Below are positions 48,443-57,651 of a stretch of DNA of 64,000 nucleotides, piece after piece. This DNA is from Vulcanimicrobiota bacterium (GTDB taxonomy: Bacteria; Vulcanimicrobiota; Vulcanimicrobiia; Vulcanimicrobiales; Vulcanimicrobiaceae). The notes under the pieces are model-generated. The model was not told the DNA's origin. It searched no databases and saw only the letters and a program-made list of their open reading frames with translations. The number at the start of each line of letters is the position of its first letter. Within the stretch, counting starts at the first letter, position 1. The stretch is taken from the NCBI GenBank assembly GCA_963833095.1, contig CAWHWQ010000003.1:96001-160000 (forward strand), written 5' to 3'. Made by a program: the position numbers and the translations under genes.

Positions 48443-49084
48443 CTAAGGTTGTAAACGAAGTACCGTCCAACCCGTCGCGCCCGCGCGTTTATACGCGAGA
48501 CGATCGTGCAGTCGATTGGCCTGGCCTTGCCAGAATTCCGCATAGCTGGGTGAAAGCACGTAGCCTCCCCACGAGTGCGGTCGCGGGACGTCCTCGCCCG
48601 CAAAGCGCTCCTTGAAGTGCTCCATGCGTTCGGCAAGGATCTCACGGCGTTCGAGTGGGGCGCTTTGCTCGGATGCCCAGGCGGAAAGCTGGTGTCCGCG
48701 TGGCCGCGACGCGAAATATGCGTCAGATTCGTCCTCGGAGAGCTGCGCAACCAATCCTTCGACACGCACTTGCCGGTGCAGCGGTCCCCAGAAGAACGTC
48801 GCGGCAGCGCGCGGATTGGCTTCGAGCTGCACCGCCTTGCGGCTGAAATAGGAGGTGTAAAACTGAAGGCCGCGTTTGTCCAATCCTCGCAGGAGCACGA
48901 TGCGGGCGCTTATTGAACCTTCCGCGTCGACACTCGCGAGTGTCATCGCATTGGGTTCGCGAATCTCCGTGCACGCGTAGGCATCATCGAGCCAGCGTCG
49001 CAACTGCTCGATCGGATTTGGGGCGAGCGCTTCTTCTAGAAAAGGCGGACTCGAGTACACATCGCGACTGCTTTCGATACTCAC
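48443..49084 (-). CDS. pdxH: Pyridoxamine 5'-phosphate oxidase
   Basis: EPNAMTLA, ARIVLL, RQVRVEG, YFASRP..QLSAWASEQS, EFWQGQANRLHDR, RLQP. Confidence 0.95.
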   Translation of the reverse strand: MSIESSRDVYSSPPFLEEALAPNPIEQLRRWLDDAYACTEIREPNAMTLASVDAEGSISARIVLLRGLDKRGLQFYTSYFSRKAVQLEANPRAAATFFWGPLHRQVRVEGLVAQLSEDESDAYFASRPRGHQLSAWASEQSAPLERREILAERMEHFKERFAGEDVPRPHSWGGYVLSPSYAEFWQGQANRLHDRLAYKRAGATGWTVLRLQP

Positions 49085-49995
49085 GGAATTCTCCCAACGG
49101 ACAGGCCGGTCAGCATCGCAATCACCAAAAGCGCCGCGCCGCCGAGAACGAAACCGAATGCCGCTGCGACGGGCTTGCGCTCGATTGTCGTCTCGCGTCC
49201 GAGCCGGGCGAGCGCATCGCGCAGCTGGGTCGCGTTTTCGGCGCGAGCGTATGCGCCACCGGTGACTTGCGCGTACGACTCGAGCGCGCCTTCATCGATC
49301 GACGACTGTTCTCCACCGATCACGTCGCCGTTCGCCGTCCCGATTCCGATCGTGTAAATCGGCACATGATGTGCGGCAAAATACTGCGCCATGTCTTGCG
49401 GATCGACACCAGTGTTGTTTACGCCGTCCGTAATCAGCACGACGACGCGATGACCGCTTGGCGGGAACTGTGATGCGGCCAGTTGCAGCGCATCCCCGAT
49501 TGCGGTGGCCCCGTTGGGCGCCGGAATCTGATCGACCGCGCCGAGAATGGTTTCTTTGTTTGACGTGAGCGGAGCGATCAACTCGGCCGCGCCCGAGAAG
49601 GTGATGAGCCCGATCTTGATTCCGGCCGGCGCTTGTTGAATGAAGGCGCGCGCTGCGTTCTGCGCTGCGCCGGCGCGCGTGGGCGCGACATCGGTCGAGG
49701 CCATAGACCCGGACGTATCGATGCAGATAAAGACGCTTCCGTCGACAACCGGAACGGGCAGTTGCAGATGCGGACCCGCAAGGCCGATCACGAGAGCGCA
49801 AAGGGCGACGATCCATGCACCGCGCAGGACCGCAGTAATCCAGGTTCTTGGCGCAAGCGCTCGCTCGAGAAAGGCGAGGTTCGAATACAACAAGGCCTGC
49901 GCGTCTGCCCGTGAAACGGCGCGTTGATATAGGAGCGTGAGCAGAGCCGTTCCAAGAGCACCGGCAACAAGGACCCACGGCGCGTCAAAACTCAT
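49081..49995 (-). CDS. VWA domain membrane protein (BatA-like)
   Basis: MSFDAPW N-terminal TMs, MIDAS DTSGSM, TAIGDAL, LITDG. Confidence 0.88.
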   Translation of the reverse strand: MSFDAPWVLVAGALGTALLTLLYQRAVSRADAQALLYSNLAFLERALAPRTWITAVLRGAWIVALCALVIGLAGPHLQLPVPVVDGSVFICIDTSGSMASTDVAPTRAGAAQNAARAFIQQAPAGIKIGLITFSGAAELIAPLTSNKETILGAVDQIPAPNGATAIGDALQLAASQFPPSGHRVVVLITDGVNNTGVDPQDMAQYFAAHHVPIYTIGIGTANGDVIGGEQSSIDEGALESYAQVTGGAYARAENATQLRDALARLGRETTIERKPVAAAFGFVLGGAALLVIAMLTGLSVGRIP

Positions 49996-50774
49996 TGCGC
50001 CACGCCGAACGCCGCACGCAACGAAGCCGCTCCGTCCGCCTCGCAAAGTATTCCGGTTCTCCAACCTGCCTGCGAAAAGCGTGCGATGAGCTCATCTTCT
50101 CGCGTGCGAACGGCGCGCGCAAACGTCTCCCGCTCGCGTCTCCCGATATAGGCACGAAGCTGGCCGCCCTCGGCGCCGGCAAAGCGCACCATGCCGCCAA
50201 GCGGTAAACCAGCGTACCATGGATCGCGACCGATCAGCGCCGTGCAATCGCACCACGCGGCCAAGCTTTCCAAAAGATCGACATGGTGCGCAGTGAGGTC
50301 GTACCAATCACCGATGGCCAGCAGTGCGCTTCCGCGGCGCAGCGCGGTCCGTGCTGTTCGCAGCGCGCTCGCAGATTCGAACGGCGTCGTGACCGGCGCA
50401 TGCGCCGGTCCCAGATAATCACTTCCAATGCGCAGTAGCCGGTCGCCGCTGCGCGCGGCTCCAAACCAAGCCTGCGCGGCTTCTTGGGCGGCGTCGACCA
50501 AGCGACGCGATCGCCCTACGTGCATGGAGCGCGTATCGTCGAGCATGACGGCGAGCGTCAGCGCGACGTCCTCGAGGACGACGCGCGTTTGCAGTTCGCC
50601 GGCCCGCGCCGTGGCCGCCCAGTCGATGCGCCGCACATCGTCACCGGGAACGTATTCGCGCAATTCGATGAACTCATAGCCGTCGCCGCGGTACATCGTT
50701 GGTGAACCTGCGCCAAAGCGCCGCGGACGCCGCTTTCCGCGCAGCAACGCATCCCGTAAGGTGACGGCCGGCAT
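49992..50774 (-). CDS. DUF58 protein
   Basis: GYEFIELREYVPGDDVRRIDWAATAR. Confidence 0.88.
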   Translation of the reverse strand: MPAVTLRDALLRGKRRPRRFGAGSPTMYRGDGYEFIELREYVPGDDVRRIDWAATARAGELQTRVVLEDVALTLAVMLDDTRSMHVGRSRRLVDAAQEAAQAWFGAARSGDRLLRIGSDYLGPAHAPVTTPFESASALRTARTALRRGSALLAIGDWYDLTAHHVDLLESLAAWCDCTALIGRDPWYAGLPLGGMVRFAGAEGGQLRAYIGRRERETFARAVRTREDELIARFSQAGWRTGILCEADGAASLRAAFGVAQ

Positions 50775-51706
50775 TAAGGAACGGGAACTTTCGCGATCAA
50801 TTGTTCGAGCACGCGTGATGGGCCGCCCTCAGCGGTCACGCGGAAATTGAAGCCGATGCGATGGCGTAGCGCAAGCGGCGCCACGCCGCGAACGTCGTCG
50901 GGAACGGCGTAGTCGCGCCGCTCGAGCAAGGCTTTCGCGCGCGCCAGATTGGCGATTGCGAGCGTCGCGCGCGGGCTTGCGCCGTAATCGATAGCGACAT
51001 GTTGCGCTTCGCGAGTGACGACGACTAGCTCCACGATATAGCGCTTGAGCGCGTCGTCGAGATGCACTCTGTGGGCTTGCGCGCACCACTCCCGCACCTC
51101 ATCGAGCGTCGCGACCGGTGTAATGACCGGAGCATCGGCAATCGCGAAGCGTTCGAGAATTGCTAGCTCGTCGCTGGGCGACGGGTAGCCGACGTCGACC
51201 TTGAGCAGAAAGCGATCCATCTGCGCGACGGGAAGGGCATATGTTCCTTCGGAATCGAGCGGATTCATCGTCGCCATCACGATGAACGGATCGGGCAGCG
51301 GGTGCGTCTGCGGACCGATCGTCACCTGGCGCTCCTGCATCGCTTCAAGCAGTGCGGATTGCACCTTCGCCGGCGCGCGGTTGATCTCATCGGCGAGGAC
51401 GACGTTGGCGAAGATCGGTCCGCGCACCGTCGCGAACGCGCTCTCGCGCTGGTCGAAGATTCGCGTTCCCACGATGTCGCTGGGCAACAGATCGGGCGTG
51501 AATTGAATCCGCTTGAACTCGCCGTGCAACGCATCGGCGAGGCTGCGGCAGGCAAGGGTCTTGGCGAGTCCCGGCGGTCCCTCCAGCAACACGTGCCCGC
51601 TGCACAACAACCCCAAGAGTAAACCTTCGATCACGCTCTCTTGACCGACGATAACGCGCTCGAGGGCACGCGCGACGATCGCAGGTCCCGATCCGATGGT
51701 GCTCAT
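50774..51706 (-). CDS. MoxR family AAA+ ATPase
   Basis: HVLLEGPPGLAKT, RIQFTPDLLPSD, LADEINRAPAKVQSALLEAM, ATMNP, DRF, GASPR. Confidence 0.93.
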   Translation of the reverse strand: MSTIGSGPAIVARALERVIVGQESVIEGLLLGLLCSGHVLLEGPPGLAKTLACRSLADALHGEFKRIQFTPDLLPSDIVGTRIFDQRESAFATVRGPIFANVVLADEINRAPAKVQSALLEAMQERQVTIGPQTHPLPDPFIVMATMNPLDSEGTYALPVAQMDRFLLKVDVGYPSPSDELAILERFAIADAPVITPVATLDEVREWCAQAHRVHLDDALKRYIVELVVVTREAQHVAIDYGASPRATLAIANLARAKALLERRDYAVPDDVRGVAPLALRHRIGFNFRVTAEGGPSRVLEQLIAKVPVP

Positions 51707-52665
51707 CGCGTCATGCGCTCCAATTGGGCGATCGCTGCCGCCACGGCCACGTTGAGGTCAGCGTCATACGTGAACCCGGCACGCTCGAGTGCGCGTAAGA
51801 GATCGCGTAGATTTGGATCCGTGGCGAGCGGCCTTTGCAGCACGTCCGCTAGCGTCTCGGCGTCGTTCGCGCCAACCATTCGCCGCACGATGCTCCGCGC
51901 CCGCATCGCGCCGGCCCGCGTGCGCTCGCGCCGCAGCGTCTCAAGGGCTTCACGCAACTCATCCTTCGGATCGCGCAGCACCGGTCTTGCCGGAGCAAGC
52001 GTCACGACCGGCGCAGGCGGCGACGGGCGACGTCGAATCAGCGCAACGACGAGGAACACGACGCCGGCGATCCCGACGAGCATGAGGCCAAGGCGCAGCA
52101 GCGCCTGCGCGAGGGCGCGAATCCCTTGCCACGCATCACCGGCTGCAACGATGGCGGCGCCGGGGCCCGCAACGTGGACGGTAAGGGAATTCGAAAAGTA
52201 TCGCTTGGGCTTGCCGTCACGCGCATCGACGGCATCGAGCGTTACCGGCGCAATCGTAATTGCGCCCGAGTGATGCGCGACCACGGTAATCGTCTCGCGG
52301 TACGTGGTCCCGCCGCCCTGCGGCACGAGGGTGTGCTCGTCGCCAAGCAGCTCGAGTTCGGCTAGGATCGGCAGATCGAGATTATCGAGTTCGGCGATGC
52401 GCTGGCGCACGTGCGCCGTGACGATCAAGTGAAACGGCGCTTCAATGTGCGGCGTCGCCGTATCACTTGCCAGCGTCAACTGCGTCACGGTCAACCGCTG
52501 TAAACTCTGCGCACTCGCGGTCGTTGGGAATAATATCGCCACGATACCGGCCAGCAGGAGGCTGGTGAAGCTTCGGAGCGCAGGAGGCGCGAGCGGCCGT
52601 GGGCCGGCCGAAGCATCTCGGTCGGCCGAACCCTCTAGCGAACGGATGGAAGTGTTGAAAGCCAT
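51703..52665 (-). CDS. BatD-like exported membrane-anchored protein; true start may lie about 90 bp downstream
   Basis: Signal-like ..TASAQ, Ig-like GAITIAPV..SNSLTVHV, TM followed by a cytoplasmic tail; first gene of the MoxR cluster. Confidence 0.6.
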   Translation of the reverse strand: MAFNTSIRSLEGSADRDASAGPRPLAPPALRSFTSLLLAGIVAILFPTTASAQSLQRLTVTQLTLASDTATPHIEAPFHLIVTAHVRQRIAELDNLDLPILAELELLGDEHTLVPQGGGTTYRETITVVAHHSGAITIAPVTLDAVDARDGKPKRYFSNSLTVHVAGPGAAIVAAGDAWQGIRALAQALLRLGLMLVGIAGVVFLVVALIRRRPSPPAPVVTLAPARPVLRDPKDELREALETLRRERTRAGAMRARSIVRRMVGANDAETLADVLQRPLATDPNLRDLLRALERAGFTYDADLNVAVAAAIAQLERMTR

Positions 52666-53720
52666 TGTGCGAAAAGACGGCGAGCGTCGAACGGCCCCGG
52701 CGATGCCTCCGGATGGAACTGGACCGCTGCCACCGGGAGCTCGCGATGACGGAATCCTTCGTTGGTGCCATCGTTGAGATTGGTCATCGTCGGTTCAAGA
52801 TCGTCCGGCATGGACCGCGTATCGACAGCATAGCCGTGATTGTGCGCCGTGATCAAAACCTCGTCGCGAATCAAATCCTTTACCGGCTGATTCCCGCCGC
52901 GATGTCCGTACGGAAGTTTGTAGGTCTGTGCGCCGCATGCGAGAGCCAGCAACTGATGTCCAAGACACACGCCGAAAAGCGGTTTTCGGCCAAGAAGCCC
53001 GCGCAGCGTTTCGATCGTTTCACTGAGATCGGTCGGATCGCCCGGACCCGGTGAGATGAAGATCGCGTCCGGGTCGCCGCGCAGCAGTTCTTCTTCGGTT
53101 GCGTTGTAGGGCACGACGGTGACCTCGCTGCCCAGCGCGGTCAACTCGCGCAAGATCGCGCGCTTGACGCCACAATCGATGAGGGTCACACGCGGGCCGC
53201 CGCGCGTACCTTCAACGTGGCGTTCGCGGGTTGCGACGCTTGGAACCAGGTTCGCCGTGCTGGCCGACCGCACGAACCGGGCAAGTTCGCGTTCCGCGCG
53301 TTCGAGCGCAGCCTCTCCGACCGCGAGCGCAGCCCAAATCGTTCCATGTTCGCGTAACGTAATGGTGATGGCGCGCGTGTCCGCGCCCACCATCGTCGGA
53401 ATTTTCTGCTCGTCGAGCCAGTCCGGCAGCGCTGCCTTGCTCAAGTAGTGCGAGGGATGGCGCGCGATCTCTTTGATTATGGCGCCGCTGACGCAGGCGC
53501 GCGGGTACTGCGCAGCGCTTCCGGAGATACCGTAATTGCCGATGAGCGGGTACGTGAACGTGAGGATCTGGCCGGCGTACGACGGGTCGGTGAGGGCTTC
53601 TTCATAGCCGGTCATGCCGGTATAAAAGACCGCTTCGCCCAGGGAGAGACCCTCGTGGCGCAAGCCGAAGCCGTCGAAGCGCGAGCCGTCGGCGAGGAAC
53701 AGTGCTGCGGGGATGGTCAT
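52635..53720 (-). CDS. carA: Carbamoyl-phosphate synthase small subunit
   Basis: TGMTGYEEALTDPSYAGQI, SPGPGDP, GVCLGHQ, HNHGY, QFHPEASPGP. Confidence 0.96.
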   Translation of the reverse strand: MTIPAALFLADGSRFDGFGLRHEGLSLGEAVFYTGMTGYEEALTDPSYAGQILTFTYPLIGNYGISGSAAQYPRACVSGAIIKEIARHPSHYLSKAALPDWLDEQKIPTMVGADTRAITITLREHGTIWAALAVGEAALERAERELARFVRSASTANLVPSVATRERHVEGTRGGPRVTLIDCGVKRAILRELTALGSEVTVVPYNATEEELLRGDPDAIFISPGPGDPTDLSETIETLRGLLGRKPLFGVCLGHQLLALACGAQTYKLPYGHRGGNQPVKDLIRDEVLITAHNHGYAVDTRSMPDDLEPTMTNLNDGTNEGFRHRELPVAAVQFHPEASPGPFDARRLFAQWLSTLPSVR

Positions 53721-53779
53721 GCTAAAGCAATGGCGGTTATACAGAGGGGCCCCGCAAACCTGGAGTTAACGCGCTGGGA

Positions 53780-54412
53780 ATGGACTGGCACTTCGGCGCA
53801 ACGGCCTTCGCGACCGCAATAACCATCATCGACCCGATCGGCATGATTCCGATTACGGCCGCGACGACCGCGCATTTTGATCGCGGCAAGCGCAATCGCA
53901 TCGTCGATCAGGCCGTCCTCGTGGCGGCAATCGTGATGCTTGCGATGGGTCTGGTCGGCCCGTACTTGCTCGACTACCTCGGCATCACGCTGCCGGCCTT
54001 TGGCATCGCCGGCGGAATTCTGCTCTTCTTGATCGCGATCGACATGCTCTTTGCTCGTCCGACCGGCGCGCGCGCGACCAGTGAGGAAGAACGCGTCGCA
54101 CGCGAGGGCGAGAATCCCGCGGTTTTTCCGCTGGCGATTCCCATGATTGCGGGTCCCGGAACGATCGCGACGGTGCTTTTGCTCGTCAACCTGGCGCGCG
54201 GAAATCCCGCGCGGGATGCGCTCGTACTACTAGCTTATGCGGCCGCGCTCGCGATCGCGTGGCTGTGCATGCGCGGCGCAGCTCGCTATCTGCATCGCTT
54301 GGGAACGACCGGCATTCACGTGGTAACCCGCGTGCTCGGAATCATCCTTGCCGCGCTTGCCGTGCAATTCGTGATCAACGGCATCCTGCAGACGCCGCTC
54401 GTACGGCACTAG
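53780..54412 (+). CDS. MarC family membrane protein
   Basis: IIDPIG, AFGIAGGILLF, VFPLAIPMIAGPGTI, TRVLGIILAALAVQF. Confidence 0.92.
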   Translation: MDWHFGATAFATAITIIDPIGMIPITAATTAHFDRGKRNRIVDQAVLVAAIVMLAMGLVGPYLLDYLGITLPAFGIAGGILLFLIAIDMLFARPTGARATSEEERVAREGENPAVFPLAIPMIAGPGTIATVLLLVNLARGNPARDALVLLAYAAALAIAWLCMRGAARYLHRLGTTGIHVVTRVLGIILAALAVQFVINGILQTPLVRH

Positions 54413-54439
54413 CGTATACTGGCACAAGAGGGAGATCCT

Positions 54440-54718
54440 ATGGAAAACGATGATCCGCCCGCAGAACAAATGATTCACGATCTCGGCATCGATCCGACGC
54501 TCGAGATCGACTCGGATCAGCGTGCTGAACTGCTCCGCCGGTGGCACCGTGAGTTCGGCAGCCGCTACGGCAATGAACCCGACGTCAAAGGCGACCTAGG
54601 GGACGGCGATATCGACTCGGGGGATAATCGCGCCGAGCTGCTCCGCGGGTGGCACCAAGGATCGCAGAGCCGTTACGGTAGCGAGCCCGACGTCAAAGGC
54701 GATCTCGAAGGGGATTAG
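54440..54718 (+). CDS. 92-aa acidic hypothetical protein with two tandem 35-aa repeats
   Basis: TATACT -10-like hexamer and GGGAG SD upstream; RAELLRxWH...SRYGxEPDVKGDL occurs twice. Confidence 0.65.
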   Translation: MENDDPPAEQMIHDLGIDPTLEIDSDQRAELLRRWHREFGSRYGNEPDVKGDLGDGDIDSGDNRAELLRGWHQGSQSRYGSEPDVKGDLEGD

Positions 54719-54753
54719 CTCGCGTGCGCGAGCGAAGCCGCGCGGCAAAGCTT

Positions 54754-56028
54754 TTAGCTTTGATGGATAACGTCACGCCAACGCAGCTCGCCGGCTACGA
54801 TTGTAGCGATTGCGCAGCGTGGCAACGTACGCCCCTCGAACGGCGTGCTCTTTCCCTTTGATGCAAACCTCGAGGAGTCGACGGTCCAGGCGCGATCGGC
54901 AAAGATCGTGACGTCGCCCGGCGCACCAATGCGCAGCGTGCCGCCTGCGACGTTGAGAATTCGCGCTGGATTGGTTGAGAGGAGCGCCACGAAGCGGTCG
55001 AGCGGCAGATCGGGGATCGCCAATGCATACGCGCCGATCGCGATCTCCAGCCCGGTGAAACCGACCGCAGCGCTTTTCAGATCGCCGGATTTCTCTTCCT
55101 TCGTGTGCGGCGCGTGGTCGGTTGCAAACACGTCGATGCTGCCGTCACGCACGCCGTCGCGCAGCGCGCGCGCGTCGGCCTGCGTTCGCAGGGGCGGATT
55201 TACCTTCGCGCTCGTCCCGCGTTCGCGAACGGTTTCGTCCGTGAGCAGCAGGTGGTGCGGCGTCACCTCGGCGGTCGCTGTACCGCCCTGCGCGCGGGAC
55301 CAGCAGACCAGGGCCAGCGATCGCGCGGTGGAGAGATGGGCGATGTGCCACGCCTTTCCGGTATCCAATGCAATGATCAAATCGCGAGCGACGATCACGT
55401 CTTCGCTCAGGCTAGGCGCACCCACGACACCGAGGGCATCGGCCACCGCACCCGCTGTCATCACCCCATCGCCTTTGAGATCGTCGTCCTCCGCATGAGA
55501 GATGAATGCTCCCGCTACATTGCGGGCTTGTAAAGCGGCATCGCGCAAGACGCGCGCGCTTGCGACCGTCGTGCCGTCATCCGAGAATGCAACGGCGCCC
55601 GCATCCGCGAGTGCTGCAAAATCGACGCTCTGCGCCCCTTCGCGCCCACGCGTGATAGCAGCGACCGGGTAGACGCGGCAGCGCGCGTCGCGCGCCGCAA
55701 TACTTGCGAGGTGCGCGAGTGCTTCGGGCGCATCGAGCGCGGGCTGCGTATTTGGCATGCATGCAACGGCGGTAAATCCGCCTTGAACTGCCGCCTGGGT
55801 TCCGGTTGCAATCGTCTCTTTCTGCGAAAACCCCGGTTCACGAAGATGGACGTGCATGTCGATAAAACCAGGCGCAACGACGGCGCCGGTTGCATCGAAG
55901 ACTTGTTCGCCGAATGCCGGCTGCAGATGCTCGCCGATCTCGACGACGGCGCCTCCTGCGATGCGCACATCGCGCCGCGCATCAATGCCCTGCGACGGAT
56001 CGATCAGCCGTCCACCGTGGATCAGCAC
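54754..56028 (-). CDS. pyrC: Dihydroorotase
   Basis: PGFIDMHVHLREPG, MPNT, FSDDG, HIAHLS, EVTPHHL, KVNPPLR, ATDHAPH. Confidence 0.95.
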   Translation of the reverse strand: MLIHGGRLIDPSQGIDARRDVRIAGGAVVEIGEHLQPAFGEQVFDATGAVVAPGFIDMHVHLREPGFSQKETIATGTQAAVQGGFTAVACMPNTQPALDAPEALAHLASIAARDARCRVYPVAAITRGREGAQSVDFAALADAGAVAFSDDGTTVASARVLRDAALQARNVAGAFISHAEDDDLKGDGVMTAGAVADALGVVGAPSLSEDVIVARDLIIALDTGKAWHIAHLSTARSLALVCWSRAQGGTATAEVTPHHLLLTDETVRERGTSAKVNPPLRTQADARALRDGVRDGSIDVFATDHAPHTKEEKSGDLKSAAVGFTGLEIAIGAYALAIPDLPLDRFVALLSTNPARILNVAGGTLRIGAPGDVTIFADRAWTVDSSRFASKGKSTPFEGRTLPRCAIATIVAGELRWRDVIHQS

Positions 56029-56030
56029 CT

Positions 56031-56205
56031 AGCGTCGTGCCCCCCAAGTTCGGTACATAAAGCCAGCCGTCGCGGTAGCGGCGCCGAAAGTGCACTGGCC
56101 TCGTTGCTCGTCAGTCACAGAGCGTGCACTATGCTCCTTCCTCGCGCCTCGCCTTTGCACTTCGGCGCTCGCGACTTTATGCATCGAACTCGGGGGCACG
56201 ACGCT
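56031..56205. mobile_element. MITE-like element with long imperfect terminal inverted repeats
   Basis: Left end AGCGTCGTGCCCCCCAAGTTCGGTACATAAAG versus right-end reverse complement AGCGTCGTGCCCCCGAGTTCGATGCATAAAG; no credible ORF. Confidence 0.7.
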
Positions 56206-57122
56206 TAGCTAACGCGCTCGCGGGTGCCGTTGACCAAGAGATCCAGGACGGCCATCCGTATGTACACGCCATGGTGCACCTGGCGCGCGTAGCGCCAACC
56301 GGCAAATTCTAGCACGGTGTCGTCGAGCTCCATACCGCGGTTATACGGGCCGGGATGCATGATGATCGCATGCTTTTGCAGGCGGGCGAGCCGGCGCCCG
56401 TCGAGCTGATAGCGTTCGATGTACTCACGATCGTCGATCGGCATCTGCGCGAAACGCTCGCGCTGAATGCGTAACAAAATCACCGCATCAGCCGACTCCA
56501 GTGCGCTATCGAGGTCGCGGGCGACTTTCGCTCCAGCGATTGCATCCTCGGCGCTCAAAAAGCATTCCGGCCCGACGAGTAACGTTTGCGCGCCCAAGCG
56601 AGCCAGACCGAGAACCGTCGAATGAGCGACGCGTGAGTGAGTAACGTCGCCGACGATTGCGATGGTGCGCCCCTCCAATGATCCAAACTCGTCGCGCAGC
56701 GTGAAGAGATCCAGCAGCGCCTGCGTGGGATGGGCATGCGATCCGTCGCCGGCATTGATCACGTGCCCGTCGAACGCGGCCGCGGCGCGCGCCGGAAAGC
56801 CTGCCTCGGGATGACGGATGACGATAATGCCGATCCCCATCGCCGAAAGCGTGAGCATGGTATCCTCCACCGTTTCGCCCTTGGTCGCGAGGCTCAACTC
56901 CTTGGGGGAAAGGTTGACGACATTGGCACCCAGCCGCATTTGTGCAAGGTTGAAGGACGTAAACGTTCGCGTGCTTTGCTCGAAAAAAAGGTTGACCGCG
57001 TCAACCCCTTCGAGTAATCGTCCCGGCGCGTGACCTTCGAAAGAGCGCGTCTGCTCGAAGATCGCTTCGATTTCGTCGCCGGAAAGATCGTCAAGATCAA
57101 TAAGACTACGTCGGGTGCGCAT
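56205..57122 (-). CDS. pyrB: Aspartate carbamoyltransferase catalytic subunit
   Basis: FFEQSTRT, KGET, INAGDG.HAHPTQALLD, GDVTHSRVA, LRIQRER, MHPGP.NRG. Confidence 0.96.
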   Translation of the reverse strand: MRTRRSLIDLDDLSGDEIEAIFEQTRSFEGHAPGRLLEGVDAVNLFFEQSTRTFTSFNLAQMRLGANVVNLSPKELSLATKGETVEDTMLTLSAMGIGIIVIRHPEAGFPARAAAAFDGHVINAGDGSHAHPTQALLDLFTLRDEFGSLEGRTIAIVGDVTHSRVAHSTVLGLARLGAQTLLVGPECFLSAEDAIAGAKVARDLDSALESADAVILLRIQRERFAQMPIDDREYIERYQLDGRRLARLQKHAIIMHPGPYNRGMELDDTVLEFAGWRYARQVHHGVYIRMAVLDLLVNGTRERVS

Positions 57123-57651
57123 GAATCGAGACCTCATCGCTAGTCGTTGCTTGCGCAGCGAGTGCGACCTTGACGTGTTCGCGCCGGCTGGTTGGAATGA
57201 CTCGGCCGACGTAGTCGGCCTGGATCGGCAGTTCGCGCAATCCGCGATCGACCATGACGCAGAGCCGGATCGCCGCCGGACGGCCAAGGTCGGTCACCGC
57301 GTCGAGCGCTGCGCGAATAGTGCGGCCGGTAAAGAGCACGTCATCGGCGATGATCACGAGCCGGTCGCTAATGTCGACCGGAATCTGCGATTCGGGCATC
57401 TCGTGCTTAACGCGGTCATCGCGATAGAGATTGATGTTGAGAAACCCCAGTGCCGGCGCTTTGCCGCAGATGCGTTCGATTTCGCTCGCGAGCCGTTGCG
57501 CTAGAGCTTCGCCGCCGCGTCGTACGCCGATCAGCACGACACCGCGCTGCGCGTCGTCGGGCTCGAGGATCTGATGCGCGAGGCGCGCGATGACGCGCGC
57601 GATCTCGTCGCTCTCGAGCAAAACGCGCGATTTCTGCATTGCGGTGGTCAT
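57106..57651 (-). CDS. pyrR: Bifunctional pyr operon regulator/uracil phosphoribosyltransferase
   Basis: RLAHQILE, LYRDD, DDVLFTGRTIRAALD, DRGLRELPIQADYVG. Confidence 0.92.
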   Translation of the reverse strand: MTTAMQKSRVLLESDEIARVIARLAHQILEPDDAQRGVVLIGVRRGGEALAQRLASEIERICGKAPALGFLNINLYRDDRVKHEMPESQIPVDISDRLVIIADDVLFTGRTIRAALDAVTDLGRPAAIRLCVMVDRGLRELPIQADYVGRVIPTSRREHVKVALAAQATTSDEVSIHAHPT

